In this document: positions 12,208 through 25,100 of the stretch, in pieces
Position numbering within the stretch: the stretch's first letter is position 1
How the letters are laid out: each line of letters starts with the position of its first letter
Source of the DNA: Fistulifera solaris
Lineage: Eukaryota
NCBI GenBank assembly: GCA_030295235.1
Contig: AP026139.1
Span: 682,001 to 746,000, forward strand
DNA: 64,000 bases
Direction of reading: 5' to 3'
Position numbers and translations under genes: made by a program
The notes under the pieces: generated by a model
Seen by the model: the letters and a program-made list of their open reading frames with translations, nothing else
What the model was told of the DNA's origin: nothing
Database searches by the model: none

Positions 12208-13061
12208 TGAAAGTAATAGCATCTGCGATGAGAAACTTGAGGGTTGTGTTTTACCGCTGCGTCAAGTAAATTACTACTCGGAGTATGATGGTGTAGTTGA
12301 TGTTTGAGAGTCATTGTACTTCATAAAGCGACTCATAGTGAACAAGATTCTAAAGGACAATAACATCGCCTGCTTTGATCAGCATATCGGATCGTTTCTT
12401 CCACAAGATTCAGCATGGTGTCTGCTCGACAAGTTCAGAGTTCGACCACAGTTCAGCATTCAAAATGATAGCTCTGGGTAAGTTTTATTAACCATCGATA
12501 AAATTCCTACGATGCCAGGTTAATGTCACGTTGCCATTCGCAACCGTGAACAATTCGTCGTCTTTATCATTTTGGCATGAAAGGGAGTTTTTTGTCATAA
12601 AAGATATAGGAAGACACTGATTAATGCCGCATATCAATTGTCATCTGGCTGAATGGAGCCTGAGCTACAACACTATGTTTTAATCATGTTACACATTGAG
12701 TCACGACAGGAATGTGGAACTCCCATAGTCGGATCATTTCGCATTTCGCTCTCGTTGCGATGATGACGGCGCCTTGATTTCGTCATCGCATCACTTTTCA
12801 CGTAGCGCTGGGTGAAAAAGTACTTGTACCCCAACGAGAATCCTTCCACCACCGTTTTTCCTCCTTCATCGGCATGTGCGCATTCCCAACTGAACTGACC
12901 TGACCGCGCACACAGAAAAAATACGTGGTCCATTTTTTTTGGTTTGTTTTTCTCCTCCTCCTTTGACAAAGAGAACAAAAACCGTCTTTGAATAGCAACA
13001 TTTGCTGATATATTTATTCATCTTCTACAGTCTCTTGTCTCTTTTTTACAACGACAACAAC

Positions 13062-14362
13062 ATGGGCAAAGGAGGTCAAAAGTACCAACGGTGACTTCAT
13101 CGTCTTCGATCAACCAGAAAAATGGTGGCTGGGAATCTCCTTACAAACCGCTCGACAAGAATGCTCCCGAACTTCCCTCCAAAGGACAAATCAAAGCTGT
13201 TATTCCCAAAGAATGCTTTGAACGCAGTTATTTCTGGAGTCTCTTTTATTTGGCGCGAGATACGGCCATGGCGGTCGGCTTTGTGTACGCTACCAGTCAA
13301 GTTCTTTCGACCGAAATGCCTCCTTTTGCAGGCAATCCGACGGCTATGGTCCATCTAGCTCTCTGGGCATTCGGTTGGTCATTTTATGCCTTTTGGATGG
13401 GCACAATTATGACAGGTCCTTGGGTTTTAGCTCATGAATGCGGACACGGAGCCTTTTCTCCTTCGCAAACCTTCAACGATATCATCGGCTTTGTCTTGCA
13501 TCAAATCTTGTTGGTTCCTTACTTTGCCTGGCAATACACTCACGCCAAACATCACCGTCGCACCAATCATTTGACGGATGGTGAATCGCACGTCCCATCG
13601 ACCGCCAAAGACAATGGTTTGGGTGCCAACAACGAGCGATTGTCGTTTTATGCTGTCTATCATGAAGCCATGGGCGATGGTGCCTTTGCCGCCTTTCAAG
13701 TGTGGACGCATTTGTGCATCGGCTGGCCGTTGTATTTGTTGGGACTTGCTTCGACCGGAAAACTCGCTCACAACGGAACACCTTTGGAGGGACGCATCGC
13801 GGATCATTTCCGACCCACATCGCCCATGTTCCCTGCCAAGGTTAGTTTCAAAATTACACTTTCCACTGTGACCACCATCGCCACATTGATCGGATTGTGC
13901 TACGCTAAATACCAATACGGCATTCTACCCGTCGTCTTGTGGTACTGGGGTCCGTACAACTTTACCAACGCCTGGCTCGTCCTCTACACCTGGTTGCAAC
14001 ACACCGATCCGTCCATTCCGCATTACGGTGAAGAAGAATGGACGTGGGTCAAGGGTGCATTGAGCACCATTGATCGTGATTACGGCATTTTCGATTTCTT
14101 CCATCACACCATCGGTAGTACGCACGTCGTGCATCACCTGTTTCACGAAATGCCCTGGTACAATGCGGGCATTGCAACACAACACGTCAAGGCGTATTTG
14201 GAACCACTGGGTTTGTACAATTACGATCCGACACCTTGGTATCAGGCTATGTGGAAGATTGCCAAGACGTGCCATTACGTCGAAGATGACAAAGGCATTC
14301 AATACTTTAAATCGTTGAACGATGTGCCATTATCGAATGGCCAAAAAGCCAAGATTGCGTAA
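13062..14362 (+). CDS. FAD2: Microsomal delta-12 (omega-6) fatty acid desaturase
   Basis: His boxes HECGH, HAKHH, HVVHH; TWLQHT; MGKGGQ start at 13062 joins the main ORF with one extra A in the run near 13080. Confidence 0.92.
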
Positions 14363-14738
14363 CAGAACCGACCTAGTATACGTACGTACGTATAGTTCGT
14401 CACTTACCTAGTAGAAAGGCTTGGTAATATCGGTATAACATTATACACTCTACCATTTTCGATCGCCTCGATCAAATTTATCGTCAGCTCGCATTAACAA
14501 TGTAGCCTGTTATTCTCGTAAGACGATCGGTGCAGCTTGATTTAGAATTCAATGTTTGTCTAATTTCGTTGTCGCATGTAGGAAAGTAAAGAGCGCACGA
14601 AAAATATTAGGCAAAACATTTGTATAATACTAATGGTTTATGGCTGATTGTTGTAAAGGTTTCCTTCTGACGAAAAAAGAAGACAAGGGAACCGCAAACA
14701 GAGTATAAGAAGTGCATCATCCGACCGCTCTCTTTATT

Positions 14739-15675
14739 CTATTTTTCACTCCACAATAGAAGCAAAATCGTCAGTGAAAGACAACCTCCAAAAAAGGCTC
14801 CACTACGGTGAGAATCGGATGCCGGTGCTGAAAGAGACTCTAACGTAAAGGAGTAGGATTCTCCCGACTCTTCTGGCTTGTTGTCTCCTATAAGAATAAA
14901 GTATTCCGTTTCCGCTTCAACAATCCATCGCATAATTGTCACTGGCTCATCGTCACCTCCAACAGCCACACAGTTGCCCTCTGATATTATATGAACACGC
15001 GCTTCTCGATTGAGTGTCAATAGTAGCTCTTCCTCAACAAACATGGTACGAAAGGAATACCAAACTCCGTGAAAGTTAGATCCTCCACACACATCGTCAT
15101 CCAGATCCGAAAGCGCACCCCTGAGGATAAAGGTATCACCATAGGGTAAATCTTGACTTGTCAATGAGACCGCGCTTGCTTGATTGTCGTTCTTGGGAGT
15201 CTCAAAAGTTTCGATGAACAAAGTTGCCGTAACAATATCGGAATCATAGGGACGAATTGTGCTGATGAAAGTCTCATAACCAGCCGTAAAACTTGCGCAT
15301 AAGAGGCCCGCCGGGATTCAGCTCCCAACAATATGTAGAATGACAAATGCTCTCGATGACATTGTCTCCGTTACCGGTTATCAATCGTAGAGCATTCTCA
15401 GGCTCAACGGATATACGCCCTACTCTTGATTCCAAAGGCGTGTAACGAAAAATAAATTGTGGTGGGAATTCATTGGTATCCACACACTCTGAGAACGTTT
15501 GCGGACCAAAGTCTAAATCAATGGTTAGATCAATCGCAGATTCTGCTGTGACGACAATAGGTTCGGGACATGATGGTTGTTGCTGCGCCGTAGCTTTCAA
15601 AACAATCCAGAACGAATACCACACTGTCATGAAAAGGCCACGACGGAGGCAGATTGGCTGGAAATGGATCCTCAT
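14739..15675 (-). CDS. Secreted or surface hypothetical protein, possibly GPI-anchored; frame break near 15300
   Basis: Hydrophobic N-terminus, Cys-containing acidic body (GVWYSF), C-terminal hydrophobic tail GAFFGGCLSLTILLLLW. Confidence 0.5.
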
Positions 15676-15980
15676 GATGCGTTGTGTAAATGACTAAATG
15701 TAATAGAACAGATATCAATACAGCAACGAAGCGTCGATTCCTAATCCTTCGTCTCGTGTGGAATGAATGGACAAAACAAACAAACAAACAGACTTGTGGG
15801 CCATCCAATCTGAAATTATGAGGATGATTCGTTACGTCTGAAGTCTGAAGGCTATCGAGCAAGACGGGTCTCGCAACTCGGAACTAAAGACTGGGTACCA
15901 GTTTGCACCAGTACTTGTACTGGTTTGAAGGAGAGCACGACTTGTCTCGCAACTCGGAACACGGACTCGGAACTAGACGG

Positions 15981-16279
15981 TGCGTTACCTACAATGAAGT
16001 TTTGCAGATAAATGAAAATTATGAGAAGAGTTACGTTTGTAAACTATTCGAATGAAAGTTTTCACAAAAGTCGATCTAATCGGAAAAGGACTCCCGCCGG
16101 TCGTGGGAGTTCAAGATTCAATTCCCACCAGTCGTGGGAGTTGTGATGTAGACTCCCACAGAGGATTCCCACACGGGTTCAGGATCCGAAGTGGGAATGT
16201 TATCCTTGGTCTCGGCCCGATAGGGTTAGAGGCCGTGATTCTTAACTGCATAAGGTTCAGGTTAATCCTGGGCATTGCA
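15981..16279 (-). repeat. 3' LTR
   Basis: TGCGTTAC...GGCATTGCA; no differences seen against 21013-21311. Confidence 0.97.
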
Positions 16280-16290
16280 TTCTGCCTCTC
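16280..16290 (-). other. Polypurine tract
   Basis: Minus-strand GAGAGGCAGAA directly abuts the 3' LTR. Confidence 0.8.
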
Positions 16291-16402
16291 AAGGTCCGGG
16301 AACGGACGAAGGACGGAATGTGGACCTTGCAGAACAAAACAGAAACAACCTTCCGTTTTAGAAGGAAAAAAATAAAAAGATCGGCTCCGAGAAGGGGGGT
16401 GT

Positions 16403-19400
16403 TCAGGAAGGAAATGGAGTTTCATCTCGAAAAGGCTTGATACGACGAATGGAGATTCGTTCAATGACAGCCTCGTTCAGTTGAATGGTGACGGTGCCAT
16501 TTGTGTGAACGCGAGTGATGGGAAAAGGACCGGTTGCGCGTGGTTCGAGCTTATTCGGTCGGAAGGATATTTTGAGGATTTTGTCGCCAGGTTGGTAATC
16601 GTGCAGCGAAGCGTTGTCGATTCTCTGCAATGGACCGTTTGTCAACGAGTTGTTGACGATGTTCTTGGATATATTTCCAGTCGGCCAAGAGGGGAATGTC
16701 GAGAATCATGTCGCGTCCGAAGGCCAAGGATCCTGGGCTGGCTTTGAGGGGAGCCATGTATGGCGGCGCGAGTTGCAAAAAGACAAGTCGATAAGGCGTA
16801 ATCAACCATGCGTTCTGCGCTCTGGATGTCTGTTGGGAGACGGGTAGATTGCATTGTTCGCAGGATGTTACCAACAGTTTGGTGCATGCGTTCGCAGATG
16901 CCATTCGAGCGTGGGTTTTTGCTTGTAATTGGGCGACCGGTGATGCCGTGTTCTTCGAGTAATTGGTCAAAGTCGTAGCCAACAAATTCGCCTCCTTGGT
17001 CAAAAAATGCAAAAAAAGCGGACGTGGGTAGCGGTTTAGCCAGACAATCTCCAATTGACGAGCGACGTGGGGCGGCGGTCTTGTTTTCAATGCGTATAAG
17101 TTCGACAAGGTTCGTGACTGTGTCAATGACTGTGAGTGCAGAGAAAGAGGCTTCTGTGTGGCCGACTTTCATGTGCCAAGGACCGATGAGGTCAACTGCA
17201 ATATCCCTCCAGGGATGGGAATGAGCTTCACGAGGAGCGAGATGACCATGGCCGCTGGAGGATGTTCTTGCACTTTGGCAATCTGCACAAATCGAAACAA
17301 AATGAGTAACGCGATCTCGGAGTTCAGGGTGGAAAAGGTGGATCGACATAGTCTCAATCAACCGTTTTTGTCCAATGTGGCCGAGTGCGAGATGATACCA
17401 GTGGATGGTATTGTTGAGCATGGAAGTGGGGAGAAAGATTTTGGGGTTTGTTTTGCCGTCTTTTGATAGCAAATAATGTGTGTGTCAGGTGCGAGTTCAA
17501 TTAGGGTGAAATTGCGAGGTGTTTTGGTTTGGAGTTGCGAGATAAGGACGTCTCCTTTCTGCTTTTCCAAGATGACGCGATAGTCTAGCTCGAAGGGAAT
17601 TCCTTTGAGCGCAGGAAGACTAACGAAGGTGCTCCGAAGGTGAGTATCATCAGCCATGGAGAAGAATGCCAGCTGGGGGCGGTGGTCGAGGGGTTTGAGC
17701 GCTATCCTCCCTCGTGTGTTTGGTGGGGTTGTTCGAACAGAGTGTTTTTTATGTCTTCGCCGGGCAATGACTGGATCGGCAGACGGGACAGGGCGTCGGC
17801 TAAGTTGTTGTCCTGACCCTTGATGTATTTGAGTTGGATCCCAAATTCGTCAAGGAAAAGACGCCAGCGCAGGACTCGCTGCGAATTCACTGTTTCAAAG
17901 GTGTTGTTTTTGTGGTCAGTGTACACATGTAATTGTTGTACTCCGTGAAAGCATCGTGCGAAATTCCTTGAGTGTTTCGACGATGGAGAGAATCTCCTTC
18001 TCACCGACTGTGTAATTGCGTTGAGCAGGATTAAGTTTTCGAGAGTAAAAGGCGACGGGTTTGCCGTCTTGGAAGATTGCAGCCCATTTGGTAGTCGCTT
18101 GCGTCAGCGTAGGACGTGAAACGGTTTGTTGTGGTCTGGATATTGAAGGAATGCTTCTTGTGCGAGGAGTGCTTTCATTTTGTCAAAGGCTTGTTGACAT
18201 TTGGGGTCCCATTTGAGCTTGCCTTTCATTCCGGTCATTTGTGTTAACGGTGCGAGGGATGTGTGCGCGTTTTGGATACATGTCGCGATAGAAGTTGACG
18301 GGCGCCAAGGAAGGATCGTAGCTGCTTGACCGTTCGTGGGGCTTGGATTCGGAGCATAGCATCGACTTTCTTCTTCCAGGGCTTAAGGCCAGTTGGGGTG
18401 AGCCAGTAGCCAAGCCAATCGGTTTCTTGAACACACCATTCGCATTTGTTTGGGTTAATGGTGAAGTTGTTGTCTTGCAGGACGGCCAGGATCTTTTCAA
18501 CAGATTGAAGATGCGATTCCAGGTCGTCGCTGAAGATGGCGATGTCATCAATGTAGACTTCGGCTTCGGAGAAGGGGAGGAGGAGTTCTTCCATTGTCTC
18601 TTGTGCAATATCGGGTGCAGGAGAGACTCCCATAGGAAGGCGATTGTATTGATAGTTGCCGAAGGGTGTGCAGATGACGCACAGTTTTTTTGCTGTCGTC
18701 GTCGAGTTCAAACGTGTAGAACTGCATACTGACGTCGAGTTTCGTCAAGTATTTGTATCCTTTAAGCGTCGTTTGAGGATGTCTTGAATGCGTGGTAAGT
18801 TGTATACCTTGCGTCGTAACACTTTGTTCAGCTGGCGGAAATCGGAAATCCATCGGACAGAACCGTCTTTCTTCGGGATAATGAAAGATGGAGCAAGCCA
18901 TTCGGAGGCACCCGTTCTGGTGAGTACGGTTTCCTTCGTAAGGCGCTCGAGTTCATTTTTGAAGACTGCCTCTTGTGATCGAGGGACAGGATAGGGTCGG
19001 CAGCGATATGGTTTTGCGCCGGGTTGGACTTCAAGACGGACTTTCTTTTTAGGATATTTGCCAAGCTTGCCAGAGAATAATTTTTTGAACTTGTCGAGAA
19101 TGCGGCCGGTAAAGCGGCGTTGCGGGCGACTAAGGTGTTCTTGTTCGTCGGGCGACGGTTTGGGTGTCGACTGCTTGATAGTCGGATGGGAGTATTACTT
19201 TGGACTTGTACCCTGCCTCTCTGATTGCATCTTCGTCATCTACGAGCATGGCATTGTGTGATTCAAGCATTTCTTTGCAGAACTTGTTGCGAATGAAGTA
19301 GTCGGCGGGTTTGAAGTCGATTGTGTTTTCGTTAAAAGAAACTGTTTGTTTTTCGAAGTCGATTTTGATCGCGAGTGCTTGCAGGAGATCTTGGCCAATG

Positions 19401-19718
19401 ATGATGTCGTAACCTGAATGTGGGTTATCAAAGATTGTGGCGCGATAAGGACCTGGAGCTTTTGCGATAGCGAAAATTCTGGAAGACAGATATTGGAGAG
19501 TAGAACTTGTTCGTTGTGGACCTGAGGTCCATGGAGACCAACAAATTGTTCACCTTTGATCTTGATCGTTTCGGTCCCTTTGGGAAGGGCTTTTCGATTG
19601 AACATTGTGCTGTCGGATCCGGAATCAAAAAGGACTCGAAAGAGGCGTTTGTCTTTAGAAGACGATAGCGTAGTGTATATAAGGCTAATAGAGCGCATGC
19701 GAGACGAGTTCGTATCAT
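16403..19718 (-). CDS. pol: Pol polyprotein (protease, RT, RNase H, integrase), split by many frameshifts
   Basis: VLFDSGS (PR); YNRLPMG...VYIDD (RT); VYTDHKN...NNLADALSR (RH); H..LGH...C..C, VDLIGP, NGICER, GPF (IN). Confidence 0.9.
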
Positions 19719-20035
19719 AGATAGAGCCTACTAATTTTAAATCACTGCCTTCTCCCTCGGAGAATATCTTGTCACATGCCGCTCACGAGAGCAGGCTCGT
19801 GTGATTCCAAGTTCTTAGACGTCTTTGTCTGGTTGACGAATGGAATGGAGTCAAGATGATGTGAGTGATTTAAAATAGTGGAGGTGACGTAACAATCTGT
19901 TAACGTACCCGACTCGTTGAGATCAAACTCATAAGCGGGGGAGCACGGCCGAATATGCCGGAGAGGTTGCCGAGAAGGCAGATGAATTGTCATTGTCAGT
20001 GGAAGCCATTTTGGAGATGACATTAGATTCGTTGT

Positions 20036-20969
20036 TCACGTCTTTATGTTTCTCGTTGGTATTGGCATCCTTGCCCTTGCCGTTCTTGTTCTTGGCGGCG
20101 GGTTTTTTGTTGGCAGATGGACGATCCGGGTTGTTGGCGTTCGAGAAGCATTTGCTCCAAGGGTGACCAGCACCTGGGTGGATGGGACAGTCATCTTTTG
20201 CTTGAACGGTTCTCTTTGCTTTTTTGTTGTCGTTGTATTTGTTGGTGTTTTTGGGCGCTTGTTGTTGTTATTGTCGTTGTTGTTGTTGTTGCTTTTGTTG
20301 AGGTTCTTGCGAAGGTTTACAGCTTCATCGAGTTCCTGGAGAGCTTTGAAATACTGACGGACTGTGAGGATGTCAACATCCGAGAGAGATTCGCGACCGG
20401 CAGTGATGAATGCTGCCTGCCAATCATTCGGCATTGCGTCGAAGAAGTACTGCTTGATGAATGCCTCAGGAAAGAGACAGTTGGGACCGGGAAGCCATTC
20501 AATGTACTGGTTGTACGTGTTCATGAGGCCGTAGAAGACCTCGGTTGGCATGCCTCGCGGTTTCTTCTTCTTGTGGATCTGGTTGACCAAATCGTGTTGG
20601 GTTTTTTCGTTGGCGTAGTGGTCGGCCAACCAAGCCATGACGAGGTTCTCAAACTTGGCGACGACGTCTTTTTTGCCCGTGGGGATGAAGTTCGTGATCG
20701 TGTTCCAATTTTCTTGATGGAACGGAGAGAGTGCGCTTGAACGCGATTGGTAGCGAAGCTTCGAGGTCGGTTTCGACAGTGACGACTTGGACGATTTCGG
20801 GGATGACAATGGTCACATGCTGCATGATCTTGCGAATGCCGAAATCGTTCAACAACGGAACAACAATTTCGTACTTGTTTTTCTTGATCATCCACTTGAT
20901 GGGGGTGCGATCGGTGGGGTCGAAGACATAAGCCCAGTCAGGAGTAGTAGTAGTAGTAGGAGAGGTCAT
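20036..20969 (-). CDS. gag: Gag, frameshifted
   Basis: ATG 43 nt inside the 5' LTR boundary; QYFFDAMPNDWQ; zinc knuckle CPIHPGAGHPWSKC at about 20148-20190. Confidence 0.75.
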
Positions 20970-21012
20970 TTTCTGAAAAAAATTTACGTAGGAATTTTTG
21001 CTCTGATCAGAA

Positions 21013-21311
21013 TGCGTTACCTACAATGAAGTTTTGCAGATAAATGAAAATTATGAGAAGAGTTACGTTTGTAAACTATTCGAATGAAAGTTTTCACAAA
21101 AGTCGATCTAATCGGAAAAGGACTCCCGCCGGTCGTGGGAGTTCAAGATTCAATTCCCACCAGTCGTGGGAGTTGTGATGTAGACTCCCACAGAGGATTC
21201 CCACACGGGTTCAGGATCCGAAGTGGGAATGTTATCCTTGGTCTCGGCCCGATAGGGTTAGAGGCCGTGATTCTTAACTGCATAAGGTTCAGGTTAATCC
21301 TGGGCATTGCA
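21013..21311 (-). repeat. 5' LTR
   Basis: Direct repeat of 15981-16279. Confidence 0.97.
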
Positions 21312-22138
21312 GACGGGTGTGTGACTATGATGTAACAATTTCTTTTTAATTTCACTTAAAACCAGGGTAAACCGTACCGATGCGCGATGCGCATGAGTGA
21401 GAAAACGAGCTAGGATGGTCATGAGTCATGAGGCAATTGATGAATCCCGTGTAGGAATTCCATGTTGTTAGGTTTCAGGTTGGATTGCTTTCGTTGTGTC
21501 TTTTTCTGCGAAGAACTGTAAACCGTGCGACGGACGGTCGTTCCACGAACTTGGGATTGGTTACCACTACGACCTACCTTACTTTGACACGACACACTCG
21601 ACATGACTCTAGATTATGAAGTAGTCTCGTATGGTGGGAGAACGTGTCACACTCGTGAATGACGTAAACATTCGGGCGCGCCAACATGCTGCTTCGAGGA
21701 CCAAGTCGAGGACCATAAGAATAGCTGAGACGCGATGCGCGATTGGGGTACTGTTGGAGTATCACTGCTCAACTCCTAACGTACCCAACGGATCAATTTT
21801 TCGTTGGCCCTTGTGTTGTACGGAGTACAAAAATACACAAATGTACGTGCACATGGAGAAGAAAGGGGGGGAGAAACTCGTCTTCGGCAAAAAATCGAAT
21901 GTTGTTGTTGTCGTTGTTTCGCATTAAATAAAAAACCCTTTACGCTTCGATTCATTCATTTGTTAATAATTGAACTCTACAATAAACAAGTTGTGGCAAT
22001 TCTATCAGTAGCCGCTTCGTTGATTGAAGTCAAATTCGTACAACATCGAACTCTAAAAACGAGCCTCCGTAGTGAAGCCCTTGCTTCTCGTTCGTCGCAT
22101 CATAGATTTCTTTCTTTCTCCGTTAAACGAACTGAAAT

Positions 22139-25100
22139 ATGACATTCCAAAGGAGCATATTCGCTCTCTTGGCCATGACTTGCTTGTCGTACGGCTTTAT
22201 TACACAAGATGGAAATGGATTCAAGGCGACGAGCGATGTGACCGAAACGTAAGTGCCTTCTGATGAATGAAGTTTCTCTTGACATACAAAATCTCATTTC
22301 GTACTCTTTCTTTCTTTCTTTCTTTCTTTCTCAAACAGAATGAACTTGGCACTCGATATACAAGCCATGCGTCTCGCGGGGAATGATTTTGCGGCCAAAA
22401 GAACATTTACGTCAATGGCACGAACGGAGGAGAGTTGACCTTGCAAATCTTGAGCAAAGGTGCTTCACGACGATGGCCCGATAGTCCCTTTTACAATATC
22501 TATCGACACGAATTCACAGTATTGGGACAAAAGAAGAACACGATACACTGGGAAACTTTGATGGGGCGCCCGCGGAAGAATATGCCGATCGGTTGGTCCT
22601 CGATTTGTTTGACTTGCAAGTGGAACACATTCAAGCGGAAGCCACCGTGATTCTGCACGTCATGATGGCTTACCTCAGTGAACTCTTTGACATGGTACAA
22701 GCATGCTATACCATTGCGGATGGAACATCCACCAATGTCAATGGTGATACCAACAAAATGCTCCTACTCCTCGATCAAGCGGCCGCTCTTTACGTTGGAG
22801 CCGAACAAACACGCGGTGAATCGACGGGTTTTCTTTTGTACAATTTAGCGCAAGTCACGGGAGCATTTTTTGGACAAGATACCGATGGCGTGGAAGTCAA
22901 AATCAATCGGTTGGTCATTGAACTCTTGCACAGTCTGCAATCCAAAATTAGTAGCGGGACGTGCGCCAGCATGGAGGGATACGTTGTCATTCGGGAAGAA
23001 GTCAAACTCTTGTTCAAATACGCCAACACGATTGTGGTACAAATGATGCTGCATCATATTCAGGAAGATACCGAAACCAAGGCGGATTTTGTCGAATTGT
23101 ACGCCTTGGCGCTCATGCCACAAATCTCCATTTGCGATGACGCGGCTCATGATCTATTACTTAGCTCGGTCGTCGGAGAAGGTCTCAACGATTCGAATCA
23201 AGCCACCGTGATCTCGACGCTGCAAAGTGTGTACGATTGTTTCAACATTAATTGTGAACTGGTGGGTGCCTACCAAGGTGACCGCCTTCCCGCCTGTAGC
23301 GACACGGTGACTTCCTTCCCTGCATTAGCGTCTTATCAACCGACCAAGGATGTACGCAGCAAATCATACATCGATCGAGATATTCGGCAAATGAGTATAT
23401 TCATGGCGTACGGAGACTTTAAGGCAGCGTATGATTGGTACCGATTTGGTTGGAACAGCAACGTCAAGTTAAGAGATTTTGCATTGAATGCAAAAGGCGA
23501 TTCCGTCGATTTGTATATGGAATATTTTACCGACGAACGATATTATCCCGACAACTTGCTGAGAAATGCCTTCCAGAAGAGTGCCCCTTTTCAAATGGCA
23601 TCCGATAAACAACGCGAAAGTTTGATCAAGGGTACCATTAACGGCATACTTATGTTTTGGGCCGTCGTCGATAGTTTAGATCAAGCGGGACAGAACTGTG
23701 ACGCCGGCAACGTCGACGCCGCTACCGAATATTGGGACACCGCTGCGGCATATTTTGTGGGATCTGCGGAAGGACAGGGACCAATGGGGGAAGATGGAGG
23801 CCAGTTTCTGTTTGGCGTCGCCAAAGACATGTGTACTGGTTTTGAAACCTGTGAACCCAATATTGGTTCTACTTTAAATGCTGCTGTGATGGCGTCGTTC
23901 AAGACCGGCAAGTCCATGCTGACGGAAGGTACCACCAACTGCTTTGGAGTGAAAGATCTCTCTGGAGACATGGTCATTGAAATTACGAAAATCTTAGTCC
24001 AGGCAACACTCTGGCACGCAGCACGAGTGTCCGAAGGTTTGGAAATGGCACAAGGTGCCCTTTTGGCGTATTCTCGATCACTACTTCCAGGCATTGAGGC
24101 TGCGAACCCTACAGCCGCCGCCACGATTGACAGCAATACCAATTACTTTTTCGAAGCCACTATCACAACCGACATGTCGGCTGTAGTGAATGCTTTTTCC
24201 CAGTCTTTGAGTCAGATGGAAATAAACTGTGCAGATATCGGGGACATTACAGTCAAAGGACAAACTGGCGGTGTTTGTGTCGGAGATCAATTCTTATCGA
24301 CACCAACGATGGCTCCAAATCCGGCCCCAAGTGTTTCCGCCCCACAATCTCCTTCAGCAGAATATCCTGTCGACTCTCCTGTTAATGTCGATTCGCCGAC
24401 GCGAGCACCTAATTTGCCTGAAAGTCGTGTTCCTATCTACATACCGGATGTGCACGAAGGCGGTCTTGCATGGGGACGCTATATGTTTTCCAACGAAACG
24501 ATTGCACAATCTGATTCTCTCTTCACTCTGGATATTCGAGATATGCACGATGCTCCGACTCCCCTGGATGCGCTGCTTGTCTACAATCAAACGTCAAGGA
24601 ACAGCGATGGACTGTCGCTGACTGGCAACTCGTCGATAAACAGTCTAAAAGAATTCAGCACCAAAGCATCAACATTCATGTCGCAGGATCCCATGTACAA
24701 TTTCTACAGGATTGCACTCTATGAGGATGAGGCTTTTGATGACGTCGTCAATGCCGCAGGATGGCCATTTGGAAATGCCGTGGTTGAGCTGGCCTTGGCT
24801 CCAAAGAATGGGAACGATCCTGTTTTAGCCTCTAAGGCAGCTGTGGTAATGAACATTTGGATAATGATCGTGCATCGGCTGTATGAATCCGCTCGACAGT
24901 GCAGAGCGAACTCTTGGTCGCCTCGGTGGATTGACTCGGCTGTTGCGCTCTGGATTGGACAGCAACAAGGAGAAGGAAAATACAACAGTGGATGGAGTAT
25001 GTACAGAGTCGCTCAAGATGCTGCCATGTTTTACGGGAATAACGAAGGTGAAGCAATATCAAACGGAGAAGTGCTCACTCTTCTGATCGCACTACAACAG

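Larger units (their letters stand above)
15981..21311 (-). mobile_element. Full-length Ty3/Gypsy LTR retrotransposon (5.3 kb)
   Basis: Two 299-bp TG...CA LTRs; GACGG duplicated at 15976-15980 and 21312-21316; domain order gag-PR-RT-RH-IN. Confidence 0.97.

Noticed and set aside
16052..16375. Duplicated ORF MKVFTKVDLIG (also at 21084)
   Set aside because: Incidental antisense frame inside the LTRs
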